DNA of 64,000 bases, from positions 1,987-65,986 of the forward strand of contig JAZUOX010000061.1 in the NCBI GenBank assembly GCA_045604905.1, given 5' to 3'. This document shows, one piece after another, positions 37,409 to 46,272 of the stretch. The notes below the pieces were generated by a model. It did not search any database, was not told the origin of the DNA, and was given only the letters and a program-made list of their open reading frames with translations. A program made the translations under genes and the position numbers. Within the stretch, counting starts at the first letter, position 1, and each line of letters begins with the position of its first letter. Origin of the DNA: Clostridia bacterium (lineage in GTDB: Bacteria; Bacillota; Clostridia; UMGS1883).

Positions 37409-37906
37409 TTAGTCTATTATCCCGTACAAATAATCCGATTCCTTTGTCAGCGACTTAAAGTCACCCTGGCGGAGGGCTTCATAGGTTACGACTGCCACCG
37501 CATTTGAAAGGTTAAGGCATCTTGCGTCGCTTATCATAGGTATTCTGACACATCTTTCGGGATGGTCAATAAGAAGTTTTTCGGGGAGACCTTTTGTTTC
37601 TTTACCGAAAAGAAGAAAAGCATCATCGCCATACTCTACATCAGTATACGAAAGGGGCGCTTTTGAGCTTAAGTAGAAAAACTGTGCACCCTCGTTTTTT
37701 TCAAAAAAGTCATCAAGGTTTTCGTAATACTGAATATTCAGAAAATGCCAGTAGTCAAGTCCTGCCCTTTTAAGCTTTTTATCGTCAATCTGAAAGCCCA
37801 TAGGCTTTACTATATGGAGCCTTGCCCCTGTTGCGGCACAGGTGCGGACAATATTACCTGTGTTCTGTGGGATTTCCGGCTCTACCAATACTATGTTAAG
37901 ACTCAT
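37409..37906 (-). CDS. trmL: tRNA (cytidine/uridine-2'-O-)-methyltransferase TrmL (SpoU/TrmH superfamily)
   Basis: MSLNIVLVEPEIPQNTGNIVRTCAATG...LNLSNAV is the TrmL pattern. Confidence 0.9.
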   Translation of the reverse strand: MSLNIVLVEPEIPQNTGNIVRTCAATGARLHIVKPMGFQIDDKKLKRAGLDYWHFLNIQYYENLDDFFEKNEGAQFFYLSSKAPLSYTDVEYGDDAFLLFGKETKGLPEKLLIDHPERCVRIPMISDARCLNLSNAVAVVTYEALRQGDFKSLTKESDYLYGIID

Positions 37907-37912
37907 ATTCTA

Positions 37913-38836
37913 TTACTCCTTCATCTCGCTTCGGCTCATAATTTCATCCTTAAGTCTGAAGAAAACTCCTTCTTTTACGCCCGAAGCACAAACATACATA
38001 CGGGGACTTCCCGTCATATCCATAAGCACCTTACAGGGAGTCGCCCCTGCAAGAATGATATCTGCACGGCTTACATCCATACCTTTTATGTCCTTACGGT
38101 TTTCAAGAGGTGTGTTAAATATGCTCTGATATACCATGGCAACAGCTTCATAGGGAATCTCAATTCCGTCAAGTTCATCTGGATTAAGCAAACGTTTTTT
38201 ATAAATGGATGCAAGAGTTCTGGCACTTCCTCCTATACCGTAAAGAGGTAAGCCTTCACACTCATCAAGCCAGCTTATTCCACCGATATGTGATGATACA
38301 TATTTATAAAGATGCATCTGACTTTTTCCTGAAAGCGCTTCTGTAAGCATAACTGCACCAAGAGGCAGACTTACAGCCCGTTTTACCTCGCTATTACGGA
38401 CCAGGGTAATTTCCGTACTTCCTCCACCGGTATCAAATATCACGCCATCTGCTATACCGATTGTGTTTTTTACTGCAAGATAACTGTAATACGCCTCGTC
38501 CTCGCCGGAGATTATTTCAAAAGTTATACCTGTTTTAGCCTTTACTCGTTCTATAAAAAGGTCTTTATTTGCAGCTCTGCGCAGTGCAGCTGTGGCTATT
38601 GCTGCAATCGAAAGACACTTATATGCTCTTGCCATAAGGCAGAATTCCTCAAGGGCGTCAATAACTCTTGACATAGCTTCTTCTTTAAGAAAATTATCAC
38701 CTGTCATCCCTTCACTGAGGCGCACTGTAGAACGGACTTTTTTAAGAAGTTTCCAGTTCCCGTCTTTTTCAAGCTGATTGATACTCATCCTCACAGAATT
38801 TGAACCAAGGTCAATTATTGCAAAACAGTAGCTCAT
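37913..38836 (-). CDS. Ppx/GppA-family phosphatase
   Basis: ...AIIDLGSNSVRM...FDTGGGSTE... shows the ASKHA-fold motifs. Confidence 0.88.
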   Translation of the reverse strand: MSYCFAIIDLGSNSVRMSINQLEKDGNWKLLKKVRSTVRLSEGMTGDNFLKEEAMSRVIDALEEFCLMARAYKCLSIAAIATAALRRAANKDLFIERVKAKTGITFEIISGEDEAYYSYLAVKNTIGIADGVIFDTGGGSTEITLVRNSEVKRAVSLPLGAVMLTEALSGKSQMHLYKYVSSHIGGISWLDECEGLPLYGIGGSARTLASIYKKRLLNPDELDGIEIPYEAVAMVYQSIFNTPLENRKDIKGMDVSRADIILAGATPCKVLMDMTGSPRMYVCASGVKEGVFFRLKDEIMSRSEMKE

Positions 38837-39351
38837 AAAATGCCCTCCACTTCATCAAGAGATTCACTTAACTCATACAAAAACTCCCGTATTTCGGGAT
38901 TTGCCATACAAAGTTTCATTGCCGCTGTGACCTTTTTTACGAAATCAGGCGACAAATCATCTACCCGCATAGCCGTTGCAAGAGGACACATCCCTCTTCC
39001 GCGGATATCCATCCTGATTTCAAGTTTTTTTCCTTTTTTCGCATAAGGCACAAGGGGGAAAATCCGACAGGACAGGGGTCTTCTCTCTCTATCACATTTT
39101 CCGGTGCAGGTAAAAAGGTCAACATATTTTCCTTTATATGAAAAATCCGTATCATAAAATTCCCCCCAGGAGGGCATATTTTCATACATAGCTTCTTCCC
39201 CCGGGAAAAGATACATTCCTGTAATTTCATCTGTCACTTCACAACAAGCGCCACCGCAAAGCTGACCACAGTCAATCTTAAGCGGAGTTGTATCTTTGAG
39301 AATAGCGTAAAGCGCGTTGTAAAACTCTTTTTTTGTCATATATACTTTCAT
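38833..39351 (-). CDS. YkgJ-family cysteine-cluster protein (CxxCxxCC zinc/iron-chelating domain)
   Basis: ...CGQLCGGACCE...CRIFPL... is characteristic of the family. Confidence 0.75.
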   Translation of the reverse strand: MKVYMTKKEFYNALYAILKDTTPLKIDCGQLCGGACCEVTDEITGMYLFPGEEAMYENMPSWGEFYDTDFSYKGKYVDLFTCTGKCDRERRPLSCRIFPLVPYAKKGKKLEIRMDIRGRGMCPLATAMRVDDLSPDFVKKVTAAMKLCMANPEIREFLYELSESLDEVEGIL

Positions 39352-39445
39352 AAAAGCACCTTTATAAACCGTTTTTGTTAATTATATACCAACATTACCA
39401 ATTAGTCAATTGATAATCTTTTTAACATTATATATGCTACTTCTA

Positions 39446-39475
39446 TTGACAAACCACTACCATATATTGTATATT
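39446..39475 (+). promoter_or_regulatory. Candidate sigma-A promoter for the uracil permease-upp operon
   Basis: TTGACA (39446-39451), an 18-nt spacer, then TATATT (39470-39475). Confidence 0.4.
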
Positions 39476-39539
39476 AGTAGTTGGATAAAGTTTCTAAATT
39501 ATCCAAAAAATTTTATATAGTGCTAAGGAGGAGTTTTAA

Positions 39540-40892
39540 ATGAAACTAATTTACGGGGTTAAAGACAAACCCAAATTCGGACAGCTTATTATTTTCGCTA
39601 TCCAGCAGCTTCATGCAATTATGACAGCAACACTTGTTGTTCCTGTTATAATCGGTAACGAAATGAGTCCTGCCGCAGCTCTTGTAGGTGCAGGTGTAGG
39701 TACTCTTTTCTATGTGCTTTGCACAAAAGCTAAGAGTCCCGTTTTCCTGGGATCTTCATTTGCTTTTATCGGCTCAATGTTTGCAGCATTTGCAGGCGGT
39801 GTATCAATGTCTCTCGGTTATCTCGGTCTTATCATTGGTGCTCTTCTTGCAGGTCTTGTTTATGTAGTTATCGCAATCATCGTTAAGTTTGCCGGTGTAA
39901 AATGGATTAACAAGCTTATGCCCGCTGCAGTTATCGGACCCACAGTTGCAATTATCGGTCTTTCACTTGCTGGTAATGCAATCGGTGACCTTACAAAGGG
40001 TAGTATTCCTGATGTTCAGGCTTCACCATTGATTACAGTTCTTTGCGGTCTTGTTACTCTTATAACCACTATCGCATGCTCTGTATACGGTAAAAAGATG
40101 GGCAAACTTATCCCCTTTATCTTTGGTATTCTCGGCGGTTATGCAGTTTCACTTATATTCACACTTATCGGCAATGCATACGGCATTGATGCTATCAGAG
40201 TCCTCAATCTCGAGCCTCTCAAGGCACTTTTTGCAGGCGGTGTTACTCTCAACACATTCTTCTCAGTGCCTGACTTTACATTCCTGACTGCAATGGGCGG
40301 ATTCAAAGAACTTTCTGCTTCATATATCAGCACAATAGCTGTTGCATATATTCCTGTTGCATTCGTTGTATTTGCTGAGCACATTGCAGACCACAAGAAC
40401 ATTTCCTCCATCATCGAAAAAGACCTTCTTGAAGATCCCGGTCTTCACAGAACACTTATCGGTGACGGTATCGGCTCATTCCTTGGTTCCATATTCGGTG
40501 GTTGCCCCAATACAACTTACGGTGAATCTGTAGGATGTGTTGCTATCACAAAGAATGCTTCTGTTTATACAATCATCACAGCCGCTGTTCTTGCAATCAT
40601 CATTGCTTTCATTTCGCCCTTTATCGCATTTGTTAACTCTATCCCTTCTTGCGTAATGGGTGGAGTATGTATGGCTCTGTACGGCTTTATTGCGGTATCA
40701 GGTCTTAAGATGGTTCAGAGTGTTAACCTCAACCTTAACAAGAATCTCTTCGTTGTTTCAACAATTCTTATTGCAGGTATCGGTGGTCTTACGCTTAACT
40801 TTGGCAAAATCACTATTACATCAGTTGCATGCGCTTTAATTCTCGGTATAATCGTTAATATACTTGTATCAAAAGCGTCTGACCAGGAGTAA
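39540..40892 (+). CDS. Uracil/xanthine permease (NCS2 family)
   Basis: This 450-aa polytopic protein begins ...[14 protein letters not shown] and contains ...TYGESVG... It lies directly upstream of upp. Its RBS is AAGGAGG. Confidence 0.9.
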   Translation: MKLIYGVKDKPKFGQLIIFAIQQLHAIMTATLVVPVIIGNEMSPAAALVGAGVGTLFYVLCTKAKSPVFLGSSFAFIGSMFAAFAGGVSMSLGYLGLIIGALLAGLVYVVIAIIVKFAGVKWINKLMPAAVIGPTVAIIGLSLAGNAIGDLTKGSIPDVQASPLITVLCGLVTLITTIACSVYGKKMGKLIPFIFGILGGYAVSLIFTLIGNAYGIDAIRVLNLEPLKALFAGGVTLNTFFSVPDFTFLTAMGGFKELSASYISTIAVAYIPVAFVVFAEHIADHKNISSIIEKDLLEDPGLHRTLIGDGIGSFLGSIFGGCPNTTYGESVGCVAITKNASVYTIITAAVLAIIIAFISPFIAFVNSIPSCVMGGVCMALYGFIAVSGLKMVQSVNLNLNKNLFVVSTILIAGIGGLTLNFGKITITSVACALILGIIVNILVSKASDQE

Positions 40893-40911
40893 TCTTAAAG
40901 GAGACATCATA

Positions 40912-41541
40912 ATGAAAAACGTGACAATATTTGACCATCCGCTGATTCAACATAAAACAACTATATTAAGACAGACAACAACTTCAAACAAGGAATTTCG
41001 TGAGCTTGTTGAGGAAATCACAATGCTTATGTGTTTTGAAGCGCTTCGCGATCTTCCCCTTGAAGAAGTTGAAATTGAGACACCTCTTACAAAGACCACA
41101 CAAAAGATGATTAAGGGCAAAAAGCTTGCCGTTGTTCCGATTCTTCGTGCAGGTCTTGGTATGGTAAACGGTTTGCTTGACCTTGTTCCATCTGCAAAGG
41201 TTGGCCACATCGGTATGTACCGTGATGAGGAAACTATGATTCCTCATCCCTACTACTGCAAGCTTCCGGCAGATATTGACAAGCGTCTTATTGTTGTTGT
41301 TGACCCTATGCTTGCTACAGGCGGTTCGGCAATTGATGCTATTACCCAGATAAAGAAATCAGGCGGAACACAGATCAAGTTCCTGTGCTTGATTGCTGCT
41401 CCCGAAGGTATTGAGGCGCTTACAAAGGCACATCCCGATGTTGAAGTTTACTGCGCAAACGTGGATGAATGTCTTAATGAAAAGTGCTATATAGTACCAG
41501 GTCTTGGAGATGCCGGGGACAGAATTTTCGGCACAAAATAG
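40912..41541 (+). CDS. upp: Uracil phosphoribosyltransferase
   Basis: [20 protein letters not shown]...[11 protein letters not shown]... is the Upp pattern. The ATG at 40912 follows AAAGGAG. The ORF-track start at 40864 is too long. Confidence 0.95.
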   Translation: MKNVTIFDHPLIQHKTTILRQTTTSNKEFRELVEEITMLMCFEALRDLPLEEVEIETPLTKTTQKMIKGKKLAVVPILRAGLGMVNGLLDLVPSAKVGHIGMYRDEETMIPHPYYCKLPADIDKRLIVVVDPMLATGGSAIDAITQIKKSGGTQIKFLCLIAAPEGIEALTKAHPDVEVYCANVDECLNEKCYIVPGLGDAGDRIFGTK

Positions 41542-41632
41542 TCGGGAATGTTAAAAATGCCCAGAACGTAAAAGGCATAAAAGTATAATAGATAAAAGCA
41601 TCACAAAAAATGAAATTTTTATGTCTGTTGAA

Positions 41633-41661
41633 GGGAATCGCACCAATGTGTGATTCCCTTT
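41633..41661 (+). repeat. 29-nt hairpin direct repeat, unit 1 (inside copy A)
   Basis: GGGAATCGCACCAATGTGTGATTCCCTTT is identical to 42004-42032. It is an 11-bp stem with one G-U pair on the plus strand. Confidence 0.9.
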
Positions 41662-41783
41662 CAGCGTGTCGATAAACCTATCGGCACGCTGGCAGACATC
41701 GAAAAAGGAAGGTAAATTTGTTCAACACGAACTCGTCGGCGTATGTGGATACGGTAGAGGGCGTGTTGGACGAAAATAAGCAG

Positions 41784-41818
41784 AAAACGGCTATAAACTG
41801 CGGGTTATAGCCGTTTTT
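41784..41818. terminator. Bidirectional terminator-like hairpin inside copy A
   Basis: AAAACGGCTATAA-actgcggg-TTATAGCCGTTTTT. Confidence 0.65.
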
Positions 41819-42003
41819 ATTAAATAAAGTTTTCTGCATAACACCTCATCCGAGTTGCTTCGCAACCCACCTTTTCCTCTCGGAGACGAGCCCCTTTTGT
41901 CAGCTTTGCAGACATTTCCCCCGACACGGGGGAATTTTCCTCAGAGGGGAAGGCGTTATTTTTATTCTCTGCTTATGGTTGACCGACTTTTTCGACAGTC
42001 TGA

Positions 42004-42032
42004 GGGAATCGCACCAATGTGTGATTCCCTTT
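42004..42032 (+). repeat. 29-nt hairpin direct repeat, unit 2 (inside copy A)
   Basis: Identical to 41633-41661 and followed by GTTTTT. Confidence 0.9.
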
Positions 42033-42173
42033 GTTTTTAAGCCTTTTATTACGAACAAACCTCACCTCTCGCTGTATCCACATACAGCTTCGGGTTTCCC
42101 CTTCGGGGTTCAGTTTGTCCGTTCTGAACATTTTTTCCTATTCCCGTTTATTAGCAAAAGAATTCTTTTTTTA

Positions 42174-42202
42174 TTGACCTTTCCTTCAATATAAGCTATA
42201 AT
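42174..42202 (+). promoter_or_regulatory. Candidate sigma-A promoter for the glycoside-hydrolase-like gene
   Basis: TTGACC (42174-42179), a 17-nt spacer, then TATAAT (42197-42202). It lies just downstream of the end of copy A. Confidence 0.55.
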
Positions 42203-42230
42203 TATAATAATATTGAAACGAGGTAATTTT

Positions 42231-44762
42231 ATGGATATCCGCGAGTTTAAAAATACATATAAAGAATTTTCTCCCTCCCTAATATGGGACTGGTGCGCAA
42301 AACCCACACCTGAGGAAATTGATTTTAAGCTTTCTTCATTTTCTTATATGGGGATTAAAAGTGTATACATTCGCCCGTCAAAGGGTCTTGCTACCCCCTA
42401 TCTTTCCGAAGATTATTTTGAGCTTATCCGCACTGCCGCAAGAAGAAGCGCACGCTACGGTATAGATATATGGGTTTTTGACGAAAATGCATCTGCAAGC
42501 GGAATCGGTGGCGGTGAAATTACCAGCGTTGACGATTACAGGCTCCGTGATTTTATAAAGGTAAACAAAACAGATATAGAAAAAACCGACGACATCTTAG
42601 CGGAAGATAATTCTTCTGCTCTGGTGCTTCGCGATATATCCGCTCTCCGAGCATCTACCCGTAACCCTATTGCCAACATTACCGACAGCTTTGTTTCAAA
42701 GTGCTTTTCCGAGGAAGTGTATGACCGCTACATCCGCGGATGCAAACGATTCATCGGATATGAAATTAAAGGCATTGTTTCAGGAATTAATTTGCCTGAT
42801 GACAGCACCATATATTCTCCTGAGGTATTCAGACGTCTTGACAACCCAGATAAAGCAAAATACGGCAAAAAGCTTCTTTCTAAAGATAAAGAAACATTGT
42901 CGTCATACTACGGCACTGTCAGTGACTGCATCAGAGAAAATTTCGTGTCACTTCTCCGTAAAAAATGCGGTGACAATAATCTTTCTCTTTCCGTATCTGT
43001 ATGCGGAAAAAGCGTCCTTTCACGTCAGAAGCAGTATATGGAAGCTGACAGTATTGTCCTCTATGCTGATGCGAAGAACCATGATATTATGGAATTCAAG
43101 CTGGCTGAATCAATAAGCTCACAGTTTAATAAACCCTTTACCGTATATCTTTCAACAGGAAAATTTGCGTCTGCAGCAATGCGGTTTAACAAAGCGGCAA
43201 AGCTTTGCGCTATGGGTGCACAGGCTGTTTCTTACAACAGTGTGGCATTCTCCCTTACAGACAGAAGAAAGTATGAGGATAATTCCCTTGTTCTCTCATC
43301 ATCCTCTGAAAAGGATATATCTGGCAGAATGTCAAGATTTTCTAAAGTTACATCTGAAACGAAATCCGCTGCAGATGTTCTTATTGTTTATTCACCCGAA
43401 AGCTATGATTTCTTCTCTGAATTATGCGAGCATTTTACTTCTCAGAACATTCAGTTTCACATAACAGAAAAGGATATATTCACATCGTTTTCAAAATGTG
43501 CTGACGGCAAAATCACAGTTGGTGAAAACGTCTACAACACTGTCGTTTATGAAAAAAATACAGTGGCATTGCCCGATGCATTTTCAGGTAAATCAATCGC
43601 ACTTGACACAACTCTTTCACCAAAAAACTGTAACATTACAGTGGACAGTACATCAACCTTGATAAGTGGTGATAAGGATTTTACCGTTAACCGCAGAAAA
43701 GATGGTGCAAACGAATATATATATATTACTACAACAAAGGGTGACACGGAAATCACCGTTTCGAATCTTACAAAAAAGCTTTTTGCTGCAGACAGTTCGA
43801 ATGGAGAAATTTACGAAATTCCCGAAACAGACAGTGTATGCAAATTTATTCTGAAAAACAATAAAACGGTACTTCTCATAGTTTCGGATGAATTTAATTA
43901 TGACATAATTCCTCCTTACACCGATGAGATTAAGCTCACCTATGGCGAAAAGGTATGTGATGTTCCCTTTGCCCTTTCGTCCGCAGGGGAAAATATTCTG
44001 CCCCTTAAGACGGTTAATGCCTGCTTTGGCAGAAAGGCGTACCGAGAAAATAACATTGATAATCTTCATAAGGAATTTTACGCTCTTCCCGACGGCGAAA
44101 CTGTAAAAGTAAAATATCCTTTTACCGCACATAAGGATAAAATCGGAACAGTTAAAGCATATTTTGAATATGCTGATAATTTTGATTTTGTTGAGCTTAA
44201 CGGAATAAGGCTTGAAAACCTTACACAAGCCGAAAACGACCCCAGATTTTTCGGTACTGATATTACCGAATATATTGCAGATGGCAAGAACACCCTTGCA
44301 GTAGAATATAAAAAGTGCAATAACTACACCCCCGATTTTAAGAGTTTCACTCCGTTGCATCTTTATTCTTTCAATACTACAAGCTTTGAGCCTGTATACC
44401 TTTCAGGAGATTTTGATGTTGACGGTGAAACAATTACACAGCTTGATGAATACACAAATGATGTAACTGAGTGCGGTATGCCCTATTACTACGGTGCTAT
44501 TACATACGTTGCTAAGCTTCCGGAAGACGGACTTTCCGGCACACTTCTTACCGTTCACGGCAATTTTGATATTTGCCGTATTAAAATCGGCAAGCGTGAG
44601 CTTACGTTCTATTCGGAAGTTCCCGAAACTGAACTTTTCAACCTTGACAGCGGAACTGTTGCGGAAATAACAGTGTTTAATACTCCCTACAACCTGCTTC
44701 GCACAACAGAGGAAAAGGCAAAACCCTTCGGTATTGAAAAAATAGAAATAATATCTCAATAA
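42231..44762 (+). CDS. Glycoside-hydrolase-like protein (N-terminal TIM-barrel-like region plus C-terminal beta-sandwich/jelly-roll regions); specificity unknown
   Basis: The N-terminal pattern ...WDW...TPEEID..L..F.YMGIKSVYIRPSKGL..PYLSEDYFELIR.AA..S..YGIDIWVFDE...SG..GG resembles uncharacterised GH-like families. The ATG at 42231 follows GAGGT. Confidence 0.6.
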   Translation: MDIREFKNTYKEFSPSLIWDWCAKPTPEEIDFKLSSFSYMGIKSVYIRPSKGLATPYLSEDYFELIRTAARRSARYGIDIWVFDENASASGIGGGEITSVDDYRLRDFIKVNKTDIEKTDDILAEDNSSALVLRDISALRASTRNPIANITDSFVSKCFSEEVYDRYIRGCKRFIGYEIKGIVSGINLPDDSTIYSPEVFRRLDNPDKAKYGKKLLSKDKETLSSYYGTVSDCIRENFVSLLRKKCGDNNLSLSVSVCGKSVLSRQKQYMEADSIVLYADAKNHDIMEFKLAESISSQFNKPFTVYLSTGKFASAAMRFNKAAKLCAMGAQAVSYNSVAFSLTDRRKYEDNSLVLSSSSEKDISGRMSRFSKVTSETKSAADVLIVYSPESYDFFSELCEHFTSQNIQFHITEKDIFTSFSKCADGKITVGENVYNTVVYEKNTVALPDAFSGKSIALDTTLSPKNCNITVDSTSTLISGDKDFTVNRRKDGANEYIYITTTKGDTEITVSNLTKKLFAADSSNGEIYEIPETDSVCKFILKNNKTVLLIVSDEFNYDIIPPYTDEIKLTYGEKVCDVPFALSSAGENILPLKTVNACFGRKAYRENNIDNLHKEFYALPDGETVKVKYPFTAHKDKIGTVKAYFEYADNFDFVELNGIRLENLTQAENDPRFFGTDITEYIADGKNTLAVEYKKCNNYTPDFKSFTPLHLYSFNTTSFEPVYLSGDFDVDGETITQLDEYTNDVTECGMPYYYGAITYVAKLPEDGLSGTLLTVHGNFDICRIKIGKRELTFYSEVPETELFNLDSGTVAEITVFNTPYNLLRTTEEKAKPFGIEKIEIISQ

Positions 44763-44801
44763 CACAAAAACTCTGTACGATTTCGTACAGAGTTTTTGTG
44801 T
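44762..44801. terminator. Bidirectional intrinsic terminator between the two convergent cassette genes
   Basis: ACACAAAAACTCTGTACGA-tt-TCGTACAGAGTTTTTGTGT is a perfect 19-bp stem. Confidence 0.85.
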
Positions 44802-45721
44802 TATTTATCTAATTCGTAAATTCTTATAGCATTCTCTCTTGCTATCTTATTAAATACGGTTTCTGTAATTCTTCCTGTATCACGCCATTCAACAAGAAGG
44901 TCACCGATTTCAACGGGATGCTGATTATTAACCATATCAGTACCGTACATAAGTCTGTCCTGGAACTCCGTCAGGAACTTCGCACCGAAATCAGGATCTC
45001 GTGTAAGTGCCATATATGGGGTACCGTCGGAAAGGTCACCGTAAAGATTCGGGTAATTGCGCATAAGATGCACCATTGCCCCCTCCTCCTCGATAGGACC
45101 TGTAGGAGGTTTTATAAGCATCCAATGATGGGTGTTGGAATATATTTTTCCGCGGCTGCCCGTAGTTTTAAGTCTGCCGATTTCTGCCCAGAATACAGGT
45201 CCATGTCCCATAATTTTAAGGTCGGGGAATTTCTGCAGAGTATGTTCAAGCTGCGGAAGACCGGGGTCGTCATAAAGACCGAAGTCGCCGTATTTCTGGT
45301 CAGAGCCGTCATAAGTTACGGGAAGACCTACCTTCTCCGCACATTTGAAAAGATTCTGCACAAGGGGATCCATAAGTTCAAGATTAGGCATAACCTCACC
45401 AAGACCTTTACACCCCTTGTCCTTATAATATGAAAGCACCCAGTCAAGCGGAGCATCTGCACGATTTGTGAGCATACGGGGGTCAACATTACAAAATGCA
45501 AAAAGTCTGTCAGGGTATTGTTCTACCATTTCAAGAACCTCTTCATTGGTCTGGGGAGAGTAAACCTCCGGACTAACAATGGGAAGCACTGCACCCTTTT
45601 CAATTCCAAGCTCGTCATAGCGTGCTATAAGTTCTTCCGCTGTACAGAAATTCCTGTCCACATTCCATGGTTTCGGAAAAGGTTTTACACGGTACGCGTG
45701 AGCATGTATATCAATAAACAT
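44801..45721 (-). CDS. Amidohydrolase-2 family (TIM-barrel metal-dependent hydrolase)
   Basis: MFIDIHAHAY... carries the HxH metal site. Other features are ...GCKGLGEV..., ...MGHGP... and ...YGTD... Confidence 0.8.
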   Translation of the reverse strand: MFIDIHAHAYRVKPFPKPWNVDRNFCTAEELIARYDELGIEKGAVLPIVSPEVYSPQTNEEVLEMVEQYPDRLFAFCNVDPRMLTNRADAPLDWVLSYYKDKGCKGLGEVMPNLELMDPLVQNLFKCAEKVGLPVTYDGSDQKYGDFGLYDDPGLPQLEHTLQKFPDLKIMGHGPVFWAEIGRLKTTGSRGKIYSNTHHWMLIKPPTGPIEEEGAMVHLMRNYPNLYGDLSDGTPYMALTRDPDFGAKFLTEFQDRLMYGTDMVNNQHPVEIGDLLVEWRDTGRITETVFNKIARENAIRIYELDK

Positions 45722-45836
45722 AAAATCAACCTCCTTGACCTTATGTTACTTGATTTCACATAAAAAAGCAATATATTATATTAACTATTTTGAATTTTCA
45801 TTATACTATATTGACCATTTTAGAGGCATAGTTACT

Positions 45837-46269
45837 GGGAATAGGAAAAAATGTTCTGAACGGACAAACGGAACTGCGGCATGCCGCAGGTTACCCGACG
45901 GTGTACAAAACCCGGGCCCCGTTCAGAGTGGTAGCGTAAGCGTGCTCTGAATGGGAGAGGAGCAACCAAGCGACTGCGTCGATATTTGCAAAGCAAATAC
46001 GACTAAAGCGTTAGTTGCGACGACCGAGAGGTGACGTTGGTTCGTAACAAAAGGCATAACAAAAAAGAAGCGTGCCGCTTCACCCATGTCGCGCACCTGC
46101 AAATGTCTAACATAGCTTCACGCGAATAAAATTACGCAAATTCCTATACGGCAAAAAAGAAAAGCCGTGCAACACGGCTTTTCAACTGAAAACGAAATAT
46201 TTATGCTTTTAGCACCAGCTGTACATTATTTTTTTGCCTTTTGTGTTCAGGGCATTTTTAACATTCCCC
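45837..46269 (-). repeat. Structured non-coding repeat element, copy B (433 nt), inverted relative to copy A
   Basis: The plus strand reads GGGAATAGGAAAAAATGTTCTGAACGGACAAAC...GTTCAGGGCATTTTTAACATTCCCC. It ends 3 nt before the stop codon of the minus-strand oxidoreductase gene. It shares blocks with copy A and has many hairpins. Confidence 0.8.
46164..46178. terminator. Terminator-like hairpin inside copy B
   Basis: GCCGTG-caa-CACGGC is flanked by AAAAAAGAAAA and TTTT. It occupies the same position in the element as the 29-nt hairpin of copy A, but has an unrelated stem sequence. Confidence 0.6.
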
Positions 46270-46272
46270 GAA

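Larger units (their letters stand above)
41544..42145 (+). repeat. Structured non-coding repeat element, copy A (602 nt). The strand given is the RNA-sense orientation I favour.
   Basis: It starts 2 nt after the upp stop codon. Its ends GGGAATGTTAAAAATGCCCAGAAC ... GTTCTGAACATTTTTTCCTATTCCC are mutually complementary. It shares its terminal and internal blocks with copy B. It contains many hairpins and has no credible ORF. Confidence 0.8.

Noticed and set aside
39352-39539. A possible PyrR-binding attenuator upstream of the uracil permease-upp operon.
   Set aside because: No ARUCCAGAGAGGYU-like loop and no terminator/antiterminator pair is visible. The region looks like a plain promoter plus RBS.
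41855-42307. ORF-track entries 41855-42040 (+), 41979-42194 (+) and 42110-42307 (-), which lie inside or across repeat copy A.
   Set aside because: None has an RBS. Their peptides are low-complexity or arbitrary. The reading frames run through stem-loops. The shared peptide GNRKKCSERTN with ORF 45735-45950 is just the translated inverted repeat. The two copies diverge by compensatory stem changes, not by codon-preserving changes.
43653-44360. A 235-aa minus-strand ORF antisense to the GH-like gene.
   Set aside because: It is a shadow ORF in an AT-rich gene, with an F/I/K/C-rich product and no RBS.
45735-45950. A 71-aa ORF spanning the inner end of repeat copy B.
   Set aside because: The reasons are the same as for the ORFs in copy A. 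It starts inside the amidohydrolase upstream region with no RBS and is produced by the repeat sequence.
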